NCBI GenBank assembly: GCA_963755715.1
Contig: CAVWLW010000004.1
Span: forward strand, 1 to 64,000
Direction of reading: 5' to 3'
Length of the DNA: 64,000 nt
From: an uncultured delta proteobacterium
GTDB taxonomy: Bacteria; Desulfobacterota; Binatia; UBA9968
The notes beneath the pieces are model-generated. The model saw only the letters and a program-made list of their open reading frames with translations, had not been told where the DNA came from and did not search any database. Positions 22,902 through 32,108 of the stretch are shown piece after piece (within the stretch, counting starts at the first letter, position 1; each line of letters starts with the position of its first letter). A program made the position numbers and the translations under genes.

Positions 22902-23744
22902 ATGAAACTTTCTCGCTGCACGATCACGCTCTTGTTCGTTGCCGCCTGCGCCAGCTTAACCATGGATAGCGAATTTCTTTCCGGGCGCCGGGCGTTGTTG
23001 CGCGGCGAACCCGACAACGCGCTGGCCTTCTTCGATCGCGTCGCTCAAAGTAATCCCGGCTTTGTCGCCGATTCCGTTTCGCCGCGACACAGCATCTGGA
23101 CTTACGTCGGCCGCGCCCATTACAACGCAGGCAGATATGCGGAGGCGCGTTCGGCATTTGAAAAAGCCCTCCGCCAAGTCAGCGATGATTATGTCGCGCA
23201 AATGTATCTCGGTCTAACCCGTCTGCGTCCGACAGCACCGGTCGCGCCGTCTAAGGCGTTTAGCCTGCAAGAAGTGACCTATGCCTTGCGCGAAGGCATT
23301 GAGCCCAAGAGGATCGCGACCTTGGCGCGCGAGCGCGGCGTCGCCTTTGATTTGACCAAAGAAACCGAGAGTCAGCTGCAAACCGCCGGCGCGGACGGCT
23401 TACTCTTAGGTGAGCTTAAAAAAATTCGCGCCGAGAGCGGCAAACAGAACCAGGTGAGCGACAGTCAACGGACGCAAGCCGGCAAAGAGGTGGGCGACGC
23501 TCTCAACGGTTTGCGCGAGTGGCTTGACTACACGGTTGCGTACGCGCCGCAGGGTAGATTCTGGGACCCGGGGCAGAATATCCGCAAGCAGATTCAACTC
23601 TGCCTTAAACTGCTGTCGGCCCGACCCACCGATTGGGATACGCTCGTCACCAACGCCGAATCGGTCGGCTCGATGCTCGAGGACGAGAACGATCGGGCGC
23701 GCCGCGATGAAAGCGCGGACCGGAACCGCCAGCTCCAGCGCTGA
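22902..23744 (+). CDS. TPR-containing lipoprotein with an inserted helical domain
   Basis: Signal peptide ending VAAC; TPR-like YVGRAHYNAGRYAEARSAFEKAL. Confidence 0.7.
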   Translation: MKLSRCTITLLFVAACASLTMDSEFLSGRRALLRGEPDNALAFFDRVAQSNPGFVADSVSPRHSIWTYVGRAHYNAGRYAEARSAFEKALRQVSDDYVAQMYLGLTRLRPTAPVAPSKAFSLQEVTYALREGIEPKRIATLARERGVAFDLTKETESQLQTAGADGLLLGELKKIRAESGKQNQVSDSQRTQAGKEVGDALNGLREWLDYTVAYAPQGRFWDPGQNIRKQIQLCLKLLSARPTDWDTLVTNAESVGSMLEDENDRARRDESADRNRQLQR

Positions 23745-23774
23745 CGGCGCTCTGGGTTTGATTTCAAATCGCGA

Positions 23775-25214
23775 TCAGCAATTTGGCTTGTTACCGAGCA
23801 CCCGTTCGGCGTTGCAGGCGCGCTTGGTTTGGTCGATCTCTTTGCGTATTTCGTCGTTCAGCGCATCCATGGCCTTCGCCCTTTCCAGTTCCGCGAGCGC
23901 CGCGGCGTAATTTCCTTCCTCGCGATACGATGCAGCACGATTGATGTGCGCCACGATCCGCGCTTTCGCCTGCTCGGTCACGGCGGGCGCCCGGGGCGGC
24001 GGCGCTTCGAGGGGCTTGGCCGGTTGCACCGCGGGCGGCGCGATCTTTGGCGCTTCTTTGACGACAACGGTGAGCGGCGTGCTGTGCAGTTCGCCTGCGC
24101 GCGCGATTATTTCTACCTTGCCCGGACGGCGCGCCTCCAACTCGCCGTCGCGATTGACCGAGGCGATCGACTGATCGCTGATCTGCCATTCGAATCCACT
24201 CGCAAGATTTTGCTCGGTGTTATCCGAGTAGCGCCCGCGCACGCGAATCGCCGTTTTCTCTCTCGTCAATAATTCTCTGCTGCTCGAGCTGACGCGTAAA
24301 GCGACCAGCCTTACCGCCGGAGCCGGCTTGGCCTCGGTTTCCGCCGCCTTGACGCTGACGGTCCATCCGGCGCTCGCCACGCCGCCGATTTTTGCTTTGA
24401 TGTCGCTGCTTCCGGCTTTGATCCCTTTGACCTCGCCGTCTGCGCTGACCACCGCCACCTGCGGCGCGCTGCTCGACCATTCGATGCCGTCCTTAATCTG
24501 CGTTTGCGTACCGTCGGAATATTTTCCGCTGAGCGCGAGCCGCATCGTTTCCGCTGGTTTGAGTTCTTTTCCCGCGCCGTCGATCACCACGCTGACCAAG
24601 CTCGGCGCCGGCGGCTTTTCTGATTTTTCATTGGCCGGCGGCTTGAGATCTGGTTGGCGAGAATTCGGCCACAATTGCCATGCGGCCCAAACGGCGACGA
24701 CGATCCCGAGGGCTGCGAAAATGGCTTTCTGTCTTTGGCCAACGCTTGTAGGACTCGAATTTCTATCGGTTCGTCGAACTTCGATATCATCGTTGTTTGG
24801 CCGAACCGGCTTGTCGGGTGCGCCGCCTAGCACCGATTTAAGATCGGCCAGGAATAACTGCGCGGCCGGATCGTCGATGGATCCGTCCCACTTCGTCAGG
24901 TCAGCCGCTTGAATAGCGCGAAACCCGATAGGCGGTTCCACTCGCTGTATCAAAACCGGAACAATCATCTTGCCCAATCGGCGCGCTTCCTCCGCCTCTT
25001 CGGCGACCCATGGGCTTTGCACCGAATTTTCCGACCAGAGGACGACCATGCAGCGCATCTCGCGAAGCGCGTCTTCGAGCACGACTCGCCAGGTGCGTCC
25101 CGCGGGAATACGTCGATCCCACCACACGCGCCAGCCTGCGGTTTCGAGCGTGCGCGCAAGTTGCGCCGCCGATTCGCGGTCTTCGTTGGCGTAGCTTATG
25201 AAAATATCCGCCAT
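23775..25214 (-). CDS. TIR domain - TM - 2x bacterial Ig-like (Big_2) - TPR membrane protein
   Basis: MADIFISYANED, VWWD, VVLWSENSVQSPWVAEE (TIR_2); TM AIFAALGIVVAVWAAWQLW; two YSD..W.SS...VA.V...G...G repeats; terminal TPR. Confidence 0.85.
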   Translation of the reverse strand: MADIFISYANEDRESAAQLARTLETAGWRVWWDRRIPAGRTWRVVLEDALREMRCMVVLWSENSVQSPWVAEEAEEARRLGKMIVPVLIQRVEPPIGFRAIQAADLTKWDGSIDDPAAQLFLADLKSVLGGAPDKPVRPNNDDIEVRRTDRNSSPTSVGQRQKAIFAALGIVVAVWAAWQLWPNSRQPDLKPPANEKSEKPPAPSLVSVVIDGAGKELKPAETMRLALSGKYSDGTQTQIKDGIEWSSSAPQVAVVSADGEVKGIKAGSSDIKAKIGGVASAGWTVSVKAAETEAKPAPAVRLVALRVSSSSRELLTREKTAIRVRGRYSDNTEQNLASGFEWQISDQSIASVNRDGELEARRPGKVEIIARAGELHSTPLTVVVKEAPKIAPPAVQPAKPLEAPPPRAPAVTEQAKARIVAHINRAASYREEGNYAAALAELERAKAMDALNDEIRKEIDQTKRACNAERVLGNKPNC

Positions 25215-25471
25215 CAGATAAACTCTCCGACCGAGACTCACATGGGAATAAGCACAGCAGCGATGTCTGAACGGCGTGATTTTAGCAAATCCTGGGCAAA
25301 TTGTAATTGGAAAATCACGGCCGGATAGGCTCCTTTCGAGCGAATCGCTCGGAGCAAGCGCCATCGCATGATAATTATCCGCGCGCCGACAATTGACGCT
25401 AGCGATAATTTGACCCGATGCCGAGAACGGTGATAAGCCTCGGTCATCGATCACCTTCCAAGGAGATTTCG

Positions 25472-26953
25472 ATGGCAAATTCAAGTTTGCAAACCGATGT
25501 GGTCATCATTGGCGGCGGCGGCGCGGGCATACCCGCGGCGATCGAAGTCGATAAGATCGGCGGCAAGGCCATCGTCCTAGAGGCGGCGGCGGAGTGCGGT
25601 GGCACCGCGGCGATCTCCGGCGGCGGCTGCTGTATCGTCGGCACGCCTTTGCAAAAATCTCAGGGAATCGAAGACACGCCGGATCTCGCCTTCGAAGATT
25701 GGGTCAAGTGGGGCGGCGGCGCTGCCGACGAAATTTGGGCGCGCTTTTATCTCGAACATACATTGCATGATCTTTATCACTGGGCCGAGAGCTGCGGCGC
25801 GAAATGGGTCGATATGAAATTTCAGGAAGGCAATCGCGTGCTGCGCTGGCACCGGCCGGATAACAATGGTCTTGGCTTGATGACCGCGCTGATCAAAACC
25901 GCGCAAGCGCTGCCGAATGTCACGATCCTGACCTCGACCAAAGCAGGCAAACTACTGACGCAGGATGGCCGTGTCTGCGGCGTCACTGCGACGAGGAACG
26001 GTGAATCTTTTGAAATCCACGGTAAAGCCGTGGTCGTCGCTACCGGGGGATTCAACTCGAACCTCGACATGGTCTTGGAACATCGTCCCGAATTTAAAAA
26101 ATTTAAAGTGATGGAAGGATCGGGATTCGGCGCCAAGGGCGAAGGCCACCAGATGGTCAAAGAGCTCGGCGGCTACTTCACCCACATGGACAACATCTGG
26201 TTTTACGTCTATGCCACGCCGGATTATCGTGATCCGCAACAAAGACGCGGCTTGGTTTTCCGCATGGTGCCTGGCTATATTTGGTTTAATCAGCAGGGCC
26301 GCCGCTTTCATAACGAATCGCTCACCGGCGGCGCTTCGGCGACGCCGGCATTGCTACGACAAAGTCCGCCCCACGCCTGGGCGCTCGCCGACACGCCGAT
26401 GTTGGCGAAGATCGACGTTGCTGATCCCTATTACCGTCGCGGCGATGTGATCGATCGGAGCAAAGTCGAGGAGCTGTTGAACAATTCGCCGTTCATCAAG
26501 AAAGCCGATAGCCTCGAAGAGCTCGGCAAAAAAACAGGTGTTGAGGACATAAATAATTTTCTTGCCGAAGTCGAGGACTACAATAAGTGCTTCGACGCCG
26601 GGCTGGAAAAGGAGCCAAGATTCGGCAAGTCGCTGAAGCTCTCGAAGAAATTCGACACACCCCCGTACTACGCGATCCAAATCTTTCCGTTGGCGCGAAA
26701 AAATTTCGGCGGCGTCAAAACCGATTTGCATTGCCGCGTGCTCAATAAATATTTCGAGCCGATTCCCGGCTTATATGCGGCCGGTGAAGTCGCGGGCATG
26801 GCCGGCGGCCACATCAACGGCAAAGCGGGTCTGGAGGGCACGATGCTCGGTCCGTCGATCTTCAGCGGCCGAGTCGCCGGCGCTTGGGCCGCCAACGAAG
26901 CCGGCTTCGGTACGGGCTTTATCGGCAAACCGAATCGGCCCGAGCTGGATTGA
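25472..26953 (+). CDS. FAD-dependent oxidoreductase (KstD/flavocytochrome c superfamily, COG3573-like)
   Basis: IIGGGGAG, GGTAAISGG, VVATGGF, RKNFGG, GLYAAGEVAG, LEGTMLG..IFSGR; AAGGAG RBS. Confidence 0.85.
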   Translation: MANSSLQTDVVIIGGGGAGIPAAIEVDKIGGKAIVLEAAAECGGTAAISGGGCCIVGTPLQKSQGIEDTPDLAFEDWVKWGGGAADEIWARFYLEHTLHDLYHWAESCGAKWVDMKFQEGNRVLRWHRPDNNGLGLMTALIKTAQALPNVTILTSTKAGKLLTQDGRVCGVTATRNGESFEIHGKAVVVATGGFNSNLDMVLEHRPEFKKFKVMEGSGFGAKGEGHQMVKELGGYFTHMDNIWFYVYATPDYRDPQQRRGLVFRMVPGYIWFNQQGRRFHNESLTGGASATPALLRQSPPHAWALADTPMLAKIDVADPYYRRGDVIDRSKVEELLNNSPFIKKADSLEELGKKTGVEDINNFLAEVEDYNKCFDAGLEKEPRFGKSLKLSKKFDTPPYYAIQIFPLARKNFGGVKTDLHCRVLNKYFEPIPGLYAAGEVAGMAGGHINGKAGLEGTMLGPSIFSGRVAGAWAANEAGFGTGFIGKPNRPELD

Positions 26954-26986
26954 AAAATACTTCCGTCGTCATCATCGGCCACTGGA

Positions 26987-27064
26987 TTGAACGATTTGAA
27001 CGAATGGAACTACTGGACGCGAAGTTTCAAAAACATTGAATGCTTGAACCTTGAACTTTTGAAC
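26987..27064 (+). repeat. Cluster of short TTGAAC-type repeats between convergent gene ends
   Basis: TTGAAC at 26987, 26996, 27044, 27051 and 27059, plus variants TGGAAC (27005) and TTGAAT (27036). Confidence 0.6.
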
Positions 27065-27884
27065 GAGGCAGCGGGCGAGCAGGCCGGCTCCTTCGCCCGG
27101 AATTGACCCTCTTCTCTACTTCTACGTGCCGTCTGAGACTTACGATATCAAACGCGCGCACAGGGCGGACGAAGCCTTTTAGATGCAGCTCTTCCAACGG
27201 CTCGGCCTGCACCAAGTTATCGATCTGAGTCAGCGTCTTCTGATCGGTAAGAATCTGTCCGCCTTTGGCCGCTCCGCAAAGACGAGAGGCAAGGTTGGTG
27301 ACGTTGCCCACCGCGCTGTAGTCCAGTTGACCCTCAAACCCGATATTACCCACGGCCGCATACCCAGCCGCCAATCCTATACCTAAATCCAGGTCGTATC
27401 CTTTTTGGAGCCATCCCGTGCGCAGTTCCTTTACTCGATCGCGCATTCCCATACTCAAACGCACGGCCTTCTCTGTATGGTCCTGGCAGGGTACGGGGTC
27501 ATTGAAAAAAACCATCAGTCCGTCCGCAACAAAGTGCTCGACGGTTCCCCCGAATTTAAAGATCAGCTTGCCCATTTCCGCGTGGTAGCTTCTCAATAGT
27601 GCTATAACCTCTTCGGGTTCAGCGCTGTCTGAAAAGGCTGTGAAGCCACGTAAGTCCAGGAAAATAGCCGTGATCTCTCGCCGATGGCTTTTGAAAGGGT
27701 CAGGGTCGTCGCTCTTCAGAATATAATCGGCCAACTGGGGAGAAAGATAACGCTTGAGTCGGCTCATGCGCTCAATCAAATCCGTCTGCTGGCTGACTTT
27801 CTTAATCAAGCTCCGATTTAACTCCTGCAGGGCCTCGAAGGGTTTAATTGCCTGCACATCGATCTCTGCGGTTGAGCCTTTCAT
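27027..27884 (-). CDS. Class III nucleotide cyclase without a sensor domain
   Basis: IFLDLRGFT, VEHFVADGLMVFF, GNIG, DYSAVGNVTNLASRL, LKGF; only a short coiled coil precedes the catalytic domain; AGGAGG RBS. Confidence 0.9.
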   Translation of the reverse strand: MKGSTAEIDVQAIKPFEALQELNRSLIKKVSQQTDLIERMSRLKRYLSPQLADYILKSDDPDPFKSHRREITAIFLDLRGFTAFSDSAEPEEVIALLRSYHAEMGKLIFKFGGTVEHFVADGLMVFFNDPVPCQDHTEKAVRLSMGMRDRVKELRTGWLQKGYDLDLGIGLAAGYAAVGNIGFEGQLDYSAVGNVTNLASRLCGAAKGGQILTDQKTLTQIDNLVQAEPLEELHLKGFVRPVRAFDIVSLRRHVEVEKRVNSGRRSRPARPLPRSKVQGSSIQCF

Positions 27885-27945
27885 CTTATCCTCCTGCTTT
27901 TTCAGCTGTAATCGGCACGGCGAGATGTTTGTTACCCAACGCTAA

Positions 27946-27962
27946 CGCAGGTGTTGTGCCAA
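27946..27962 (-). promoter_or_regulatory. sigma54 (-24/-12) promoter of the cyclase gene
   Basis: Minus strand TTGGCACAACACCTGCG = TGGCAC with GG-N10-GC, about 60 nt upstream of the ATG and next to a sigma54 activator gene. Confidence 0.7.
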
Positions 27963-28002
27963 CCGACAAAACGCTGACGGATGTCAACTAAGATGCTAAT
28001 TC

Positions 28003-28027
28003 GACGGGCGAATTTGGACGGGCGAAT
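28003..28027. repeat. 11 bp direct repeat GACGGGCGAAT x2, possible regulator site
   Basis: Perfect copies at 28003-28013 and 28017-28027, upstream of the sigma54 promoter. Confidence 0.55.
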
Positions 28028-28092
28028 CTAGATCAAGCCTTCAGGAAGGGGCCGAATATATCTTTAAGGATACTCTACGTGAAAAAAAGTAT

Positions 28093-29445
28093 TCAGCTGA
28101 TGCGCAGCGTCTTGATCAGCCTGGATAGATAGGTTCGCTGAAGGCCCAAGGCCTTGGCCGCAGCGGCACGGTTTCCTTGGGTTTCGGCGAGCGCCTTCAG
28201 AATCAACTGTCGTCTGTAAGCCCCAACGTTCTCGTTGTACGATGAGCCAACTGAAGGTGCAGTTGAAGGCGTGGAAGCAATTGTGGCGGGAAGCTCGTCT
28301 AGGCTTATCTTTGGACCGCGACCCAAGACAACCGCCCGCTCAATTACATTGGCGAGCTCGCGCACGTTGCCCGGCCAATCATGGGCGATCAATTTGTCCA
28401 GAGCATCTTGGTTGATCCCGTTAAAATTCTTCTTCGTTTCCAGAGAAAACCGCGTCATGAAAAAATCGACAAGGTCAGGCACATCTTCCCGTCTCTCCCT
28501 CAACGAAGGAAGCGAAATGGGAATTACGTTGAGACGGTAATAAAGATCCGAGCGGAAGCGTCCGTCTTTCACCGCTTCATCCAGGTCGCGATTCGTCGCC
28601 GCGATGACTTTCACGTCGACCTGGACGGGTTTCATCCCTCCCACGCGCTCAAACTCTCGCTCCTGGAGAAACCTCAGGAGCTTGGTCTGAATTTCGGCGG
28701 AAATATCGCCGATCTCATCGAGGAAGATCGTTCCACCATGAGATAACTCGATTTTTCCTTTCTTGAGTTGATGAGCGCCAGTAAAGGCGCCTTTTTCATG
28801 TCCGAACAGTTCACTCTCGAGGAGTTCTCTCGATAGACCGACACAATTGATGGCCACAAACGGCTCAGCTTTCCTGTCGCTCCAATTGTGAATGGCATGA
28901 GCAAAAATCTCCTTGCCGGTTCCGCTTTCACCAAGGAGTAAGACGGTGGACCTGCTGCTCGCTGCCTTCTTTGCCAAATCTATGGCCTCATTCATCCTGG
29001 CACTCTTGCCGGCGATCAAGCGGTAGCGCTCTCCCATTTGTCCGGATAGAACCTCTACCCCTCGTTTGAGCTTTTCGCGCTCCAACGCTTTCTGCACAAT
29101 GAGGGCAACATGATCGGGCTCAAAAGGTTTAGGTATGAAATCGTAGGCACCTTCTTTCATCGCCTCGACCGCGCGTTCGATCGTGCCGTAGGCCGTAATC
29201 ATAACAACGGTGATATCCAGTTCTCTTTTCCGAATTTCCTTGAGAACTTCGAGCCCGCTCATCGCAGGCATCTCGATGTCCAGCAAAACGACCTGCGGGT
29301 TTTGTTTTTCCAGAAGTTCTAAGCCTTCTGCGCCGGTAGCGGCTAGCAGCACTCGGTAACCAAGGGATTCCAGACGGTCTTTTAGGACCTCGCGGATATC
29401 CGGGTCATCATCCACTACAAGGATGTTCTCATTAAAGGACTTCAT
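28093..29445 (-). CDS. NtrC/AtoC-family sigma54-dependent response regulator
   Basis: Receiver (VVDDD, LLDIEMP), GESGTGKE, ESELFGHEKGAFTGA, FLDEIG, WPGNVREL, Fis-type HTH. Confidence 0.96.
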   Translation of the reverse strand: MKSFNENILVVDDDPDIREVLKDRLESLGYRVLLAATGAEGLELLEKQNPQVVLLDIEMPAMSGLEVLKEIRKRELDITVVMITAYGTIERAVEAMKEGAYDFIPKPFEPDHVALIVQKALEREKLKRGVEVLSGQMGERYRLIAGKSARMNEAIDLAKKAASSRSTVLLLGESGTGKEIFAHAIHNWSDRKAEPFVAINCVGLSRELLESELFGHEKGAFTGAHQLKKGKIELSHGGTIFLDEIGDISAEIQTKLLRFLQEREFERVGGMKPVQVDVKVIAATNRDLDEAVKDGRFRSDLYYRLNVIPISLPSLRERREDVPDLVDFFMTRFSLETKKNFNGINQDALDKLIAHDWPGNVRELANVIERAVVLGRGPKISLDELPATIASTPSTAPSVGSSYNENVGAYRRQLILKALAETQGNRAAAAKALGLQRTYLSRLIKTLRIS

Positions 29446-29455
29446 ACCAATCACG

Positions 29456-29830
29456 CTAGAGGACGATGTTATAGACTTTCTCGATTTTGGCCTTGAGCTC
29501 TTCCCACGCAAAGGGCTTTAGAACGTATTCATTGGCGCCTTTGGCAATAGCCTCAATGGCGGCATCTCGAGTGGAAGATGCAGTGATAATTATGACCGGG
29601 ATCTGCTTATCCGTTTTACGAATTTCCTCCAGCGCTTCAATCCCGCCCATCTCAGGCATCTTGACGTCTAGAAAAATCCCATCGAACTTCTCTACGGAAA
29701 GTTTTTTGAGCGCTTCAAGGCCCGTCCCGGCGGTAGTCACCGTGAAGCCATACGCTTCCAGTCGGTCCTGAATCACCTCAACAATGTCTTCCTCGTCGTC
29801 GACGAGGAGAACCCTGCGTGCCATGCGCAT
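29456..29830 (-). CDS. Single-domain response regulator
   Basis: LVDDE, FLDVKMP, IITA, YVLKPF. Confidence 0.92.
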   Translation of the reverse strand: MRMARRVLLVDDEEDIVEVIQDRLEAYGFTVTTAGTGLEALKKLSVEKFDGIFLDVKMPEMGGIEALEEIRKTDKQIPVIIITASSTRDAAIEAIAKGANEYVLKPFAWEELKAKIEKVYNIVL

Positions 29831-29835
29831 CTCCG

Positions 29836-31518
29836 TTAATGCAAGGGTAAATTAAATTTCAGTGGCTGCTCTGCCGGAAGGATAAAGGAGAAGATGCTTC
29901 CTTTGCCGACTTCACTCTCCAGCCAGATTTTTCCTCCGTGCATTTCCACGAGGGCTTTAGTAATGGATAAACCAAGGCCTGTTCCCATCGCCTTTTGCTT
30001 TTCCGGCTGCGTAACTTGGTAGAACTTATCGAAGATCCTATTTGCTTCATCGGAAGGAATACCAGGACCAGTGTCCGCCACGGAGATCTTCACCCATTCA
30101 TTGCCACTTCGCTTGAGGCACAGAGTTACTTTGCCGTTTGTAGGGGTAAACTTGATCGCGTTGCCAATAAGATTGGTTAAAACCTCCACGATCCTGTCTG
30201 GGTCGGCCCACGCTGTGAGATTAACCTCCGGACATTCGATTTCGAAACTGATGAGTTTTTCCGCAGCCACAGATCCGAGGCTTTCGACAACTTCCCTGGC
30301 CACTGTCGGCAAAGATAAATTCGTCCGTTTGAGTTTGATACCTGCTTCGATTCTCGAGAGATCGAGGAGGTCATTGATCAGTCGCGCTAAACGATCCGCA
30401 TTCGACTTGACGCGCACTAGGTAACGATTCTGCTTTTCGTTTAAGTCACCTGTCAAACCGTCCAGCATATTGTCAACTGAACCTTTGATAGCGGTAAGTG
30501 GGGTCCTCAACTCGTGAGAAACATTCGAAACAAAATCCGATTTCAGCTTGTCTAGCTCTTTAAGTCTCCGCTCATAGCGTTTTTTTTCCGTGACGTCTTT
30601 GGCAACACGCAAAAAGCCAACAATCTTACCGTCAACGTCGGTGATGGGAGACACCGATAGGGATAAATAGATTGCAGCTCCGCCTTTTCTTTTGCCCTCT
30701 ACTTCGATGTCTCGAAGAGCGCCGGAAAGTTCCACTTTGGCGCGCATCTCAGCAAGTTCGTGTACGCGCGATGGCGGCAACAGAATTGAAAGGTGTTTGC
30801 CGATCACTTCTTCTTTGCTGTAACCTAATGTGAGTTCGGCCCCGCGGTTCCAAGTAAGAATTTGATCTTCCAAATCCGTGGAAAGAATTATGTCGGCGGC
30901 GTTTTCGACCAGGTTTTCGATATAGGCCTTGCCACGATGGACCTCGTTATATAGCTGAGCATTTTCCAACGCCATGCCAAGCTGAGCCCCAAAGGTCTGC
31001 AAAAGACTAATTTTCTCTGTCGAAAACTTGCGGAGTTTACGGCTGCCAACGGCAAGGGTTCCCAGAACCGTTTTTTTCTTGGAAATAATGGGAATATAAG
31101 CTGCAGAGATTACACCCTGTTTCTCCATAGTCCTGTTCTTGAACGTTGTATCCTTCCGGACATCAGGAGAAATATAAGGCTTCTGCGTTTCAAATAGAAT
31201 GTTGGCTACATGGCGCCGGGAGCGGTCTGCTAGGTCAATTGAACCGGATGACAATGAAGTCAATCCCTTTGAAACCCGCCCGACCATCGTCCTTTTATCG
31301 GGATCCAGGATGCGGATATAGCCGACGTCAAATCCCAAAACTTCTAACGACTTGTCCAGCGTATCAGTTAAGATTTTTTCCGTACTGAGGGATTGAGCAG
31401 CGGTATCCGCTATTGCTAAGAGAGCCCTGAGATGTCCGATGCGATTCTTTGGGCGCCGTGTGCGACCTAATGGAAGAACTTTAGTGGCTGGGCTGCGTTT
31501 AATTTTGCCATGTCGCAT
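29836..31518 (-). CDS. Cytoplasmic GAF-PAS histidine kinase
   Basis: GAF ending ALENAQLY, PAS (WNRGAE..LGY), SHELRTPL, NAIKF, DTGPGI, GTGLGL; no TM segment. Confidence 0.95.
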   Translation of the reverse strand: MRHGKIKRSPATKVLPLGRTRRPKNRIGHLRALLAIADTAAQSLSTEKILTDTLDKSLEVLGFDVGYIRILDPDKRTMVGRVSKGLTSLSSGSIDLADRSRRHVANILFETQKPYISPDVRKDTTFKNRTMEKQGVISAAYIPIISKKKTVLGTLAVGSRKLRKFSTEKISLLQTFGAQLGMALENAQLYNEVHRGKAYIENLVENAADIILSTDLEDQILTWNRGAELTLGYSKEEVIGKHLSILLPPSRVHELAEMRAKVELSGALRDIEVEGKRKGGAAIYLSLSVSPITDVDGKIVGFLRVAKDVTEKKRYERRLKELDKLKSDFVSNVSHELRTPLTAIKGSVDNMLDGLTGDLNEKQNRYLVRVKSNADRLARLINDLLDLSRIEAGIKLKRTNLSLPTVAREVVESLGSVAAEKLISFEIECPEVNLTAWADPDRIVEVLTNLIGNAIKFTPTNGKVTLCLKRSGNEWVKISVADTGPGIPSDEANRIFDKFYQVTQPEKQKAMGTGLGLSITKALVEMHGGKIWLESEVGKGSIFSFILPAEQPLKFNLPLH

Positions 31519-31523
31519 TTACG

Positions 31524-32108
31524 TCAGCAAACCGGGCCTCCGAGGTTAAAAGTTTTCCTTAAATACTTTACGTAATCGGAGCCTTCGTCCTCTTTGGCCC
31601 AACGCTTCATTATAGGATCGACCTTTTTCCTATCGGGCTTTTTCCTGAATCCTACGGTTATGGTTCCGACATGCTTATGATGTTTGTCTTCCTTTATTCT
31701 GATTGCAATATACAATTGATACATGCAACCTGCTCGCGGACCTAAGGCTTGAGCCGGACCGTATCCGTCCCGTTCTTTCTCCGAGAAGCCTTCGGTCCAA
31801 TCCTTTTCCTGAATCTGCCCTGCTTTATCAGTAACGGCCTTCTCGTACGCCTTGGATCTATTACTCCGTCCAAATCGTACATCGTTGGCTTTGAATCCTT
31901 GTTCATTCTCAATTTCATCATCTTCATATGTCCCGGCCCAAACGGGGATCGCTTCCTCCGTGTTTGACCAGTTAAGTCGTGAATTAACTCTCCATACGTC
32001 GGCGCCGACTTTCCGTAAGTCATTAAAAATTTCTTTTAACCAATCGCCTCTAATTGTCTGTCTTGCCCGTTTATCTGTCGACAAACCACTAGGTATATCA
32101 ATAGCCAT
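31524..32108 (-). CDS. Hypothetical protein, possibly with a GAF/Cache-like fold
   Basis: 194 aa ORF with an AAGGAG RBS, 5 nt upstream of the kinase; ends in a YQLYIAI...HVGTITVGF strand pair plus helix. Confidence 0.65.
   Translation of the reverse strand: MAIDIPSGLSTDKRARQTIRGDWLKEIFNDLRKVGADVWRVNSRLNWSNTEEAIPVWAGTYEDDEIENEQGFKANDVRFGRSNRSKAYEKAVTDKAGQIQEKDWTEGFSEKERDGYGPAQALGPRAGCMYQLYIAIRIKEDKHHKHVGTITVGFRKKPDRKKVDPIMKRWAKEDEGSDYVKYLRKTFNLGGPVC

Noticed and set aside
23775-27884. TIR protein plus cyclase as a Pycsar/CBASS/Thoeris operon
   Set aside because: They are separated by an opposite-strand flavoprotein gene, the TIR protein has no cyclic-nucleotide-binding domain, and the cyclase belongs to the sigma54 island.
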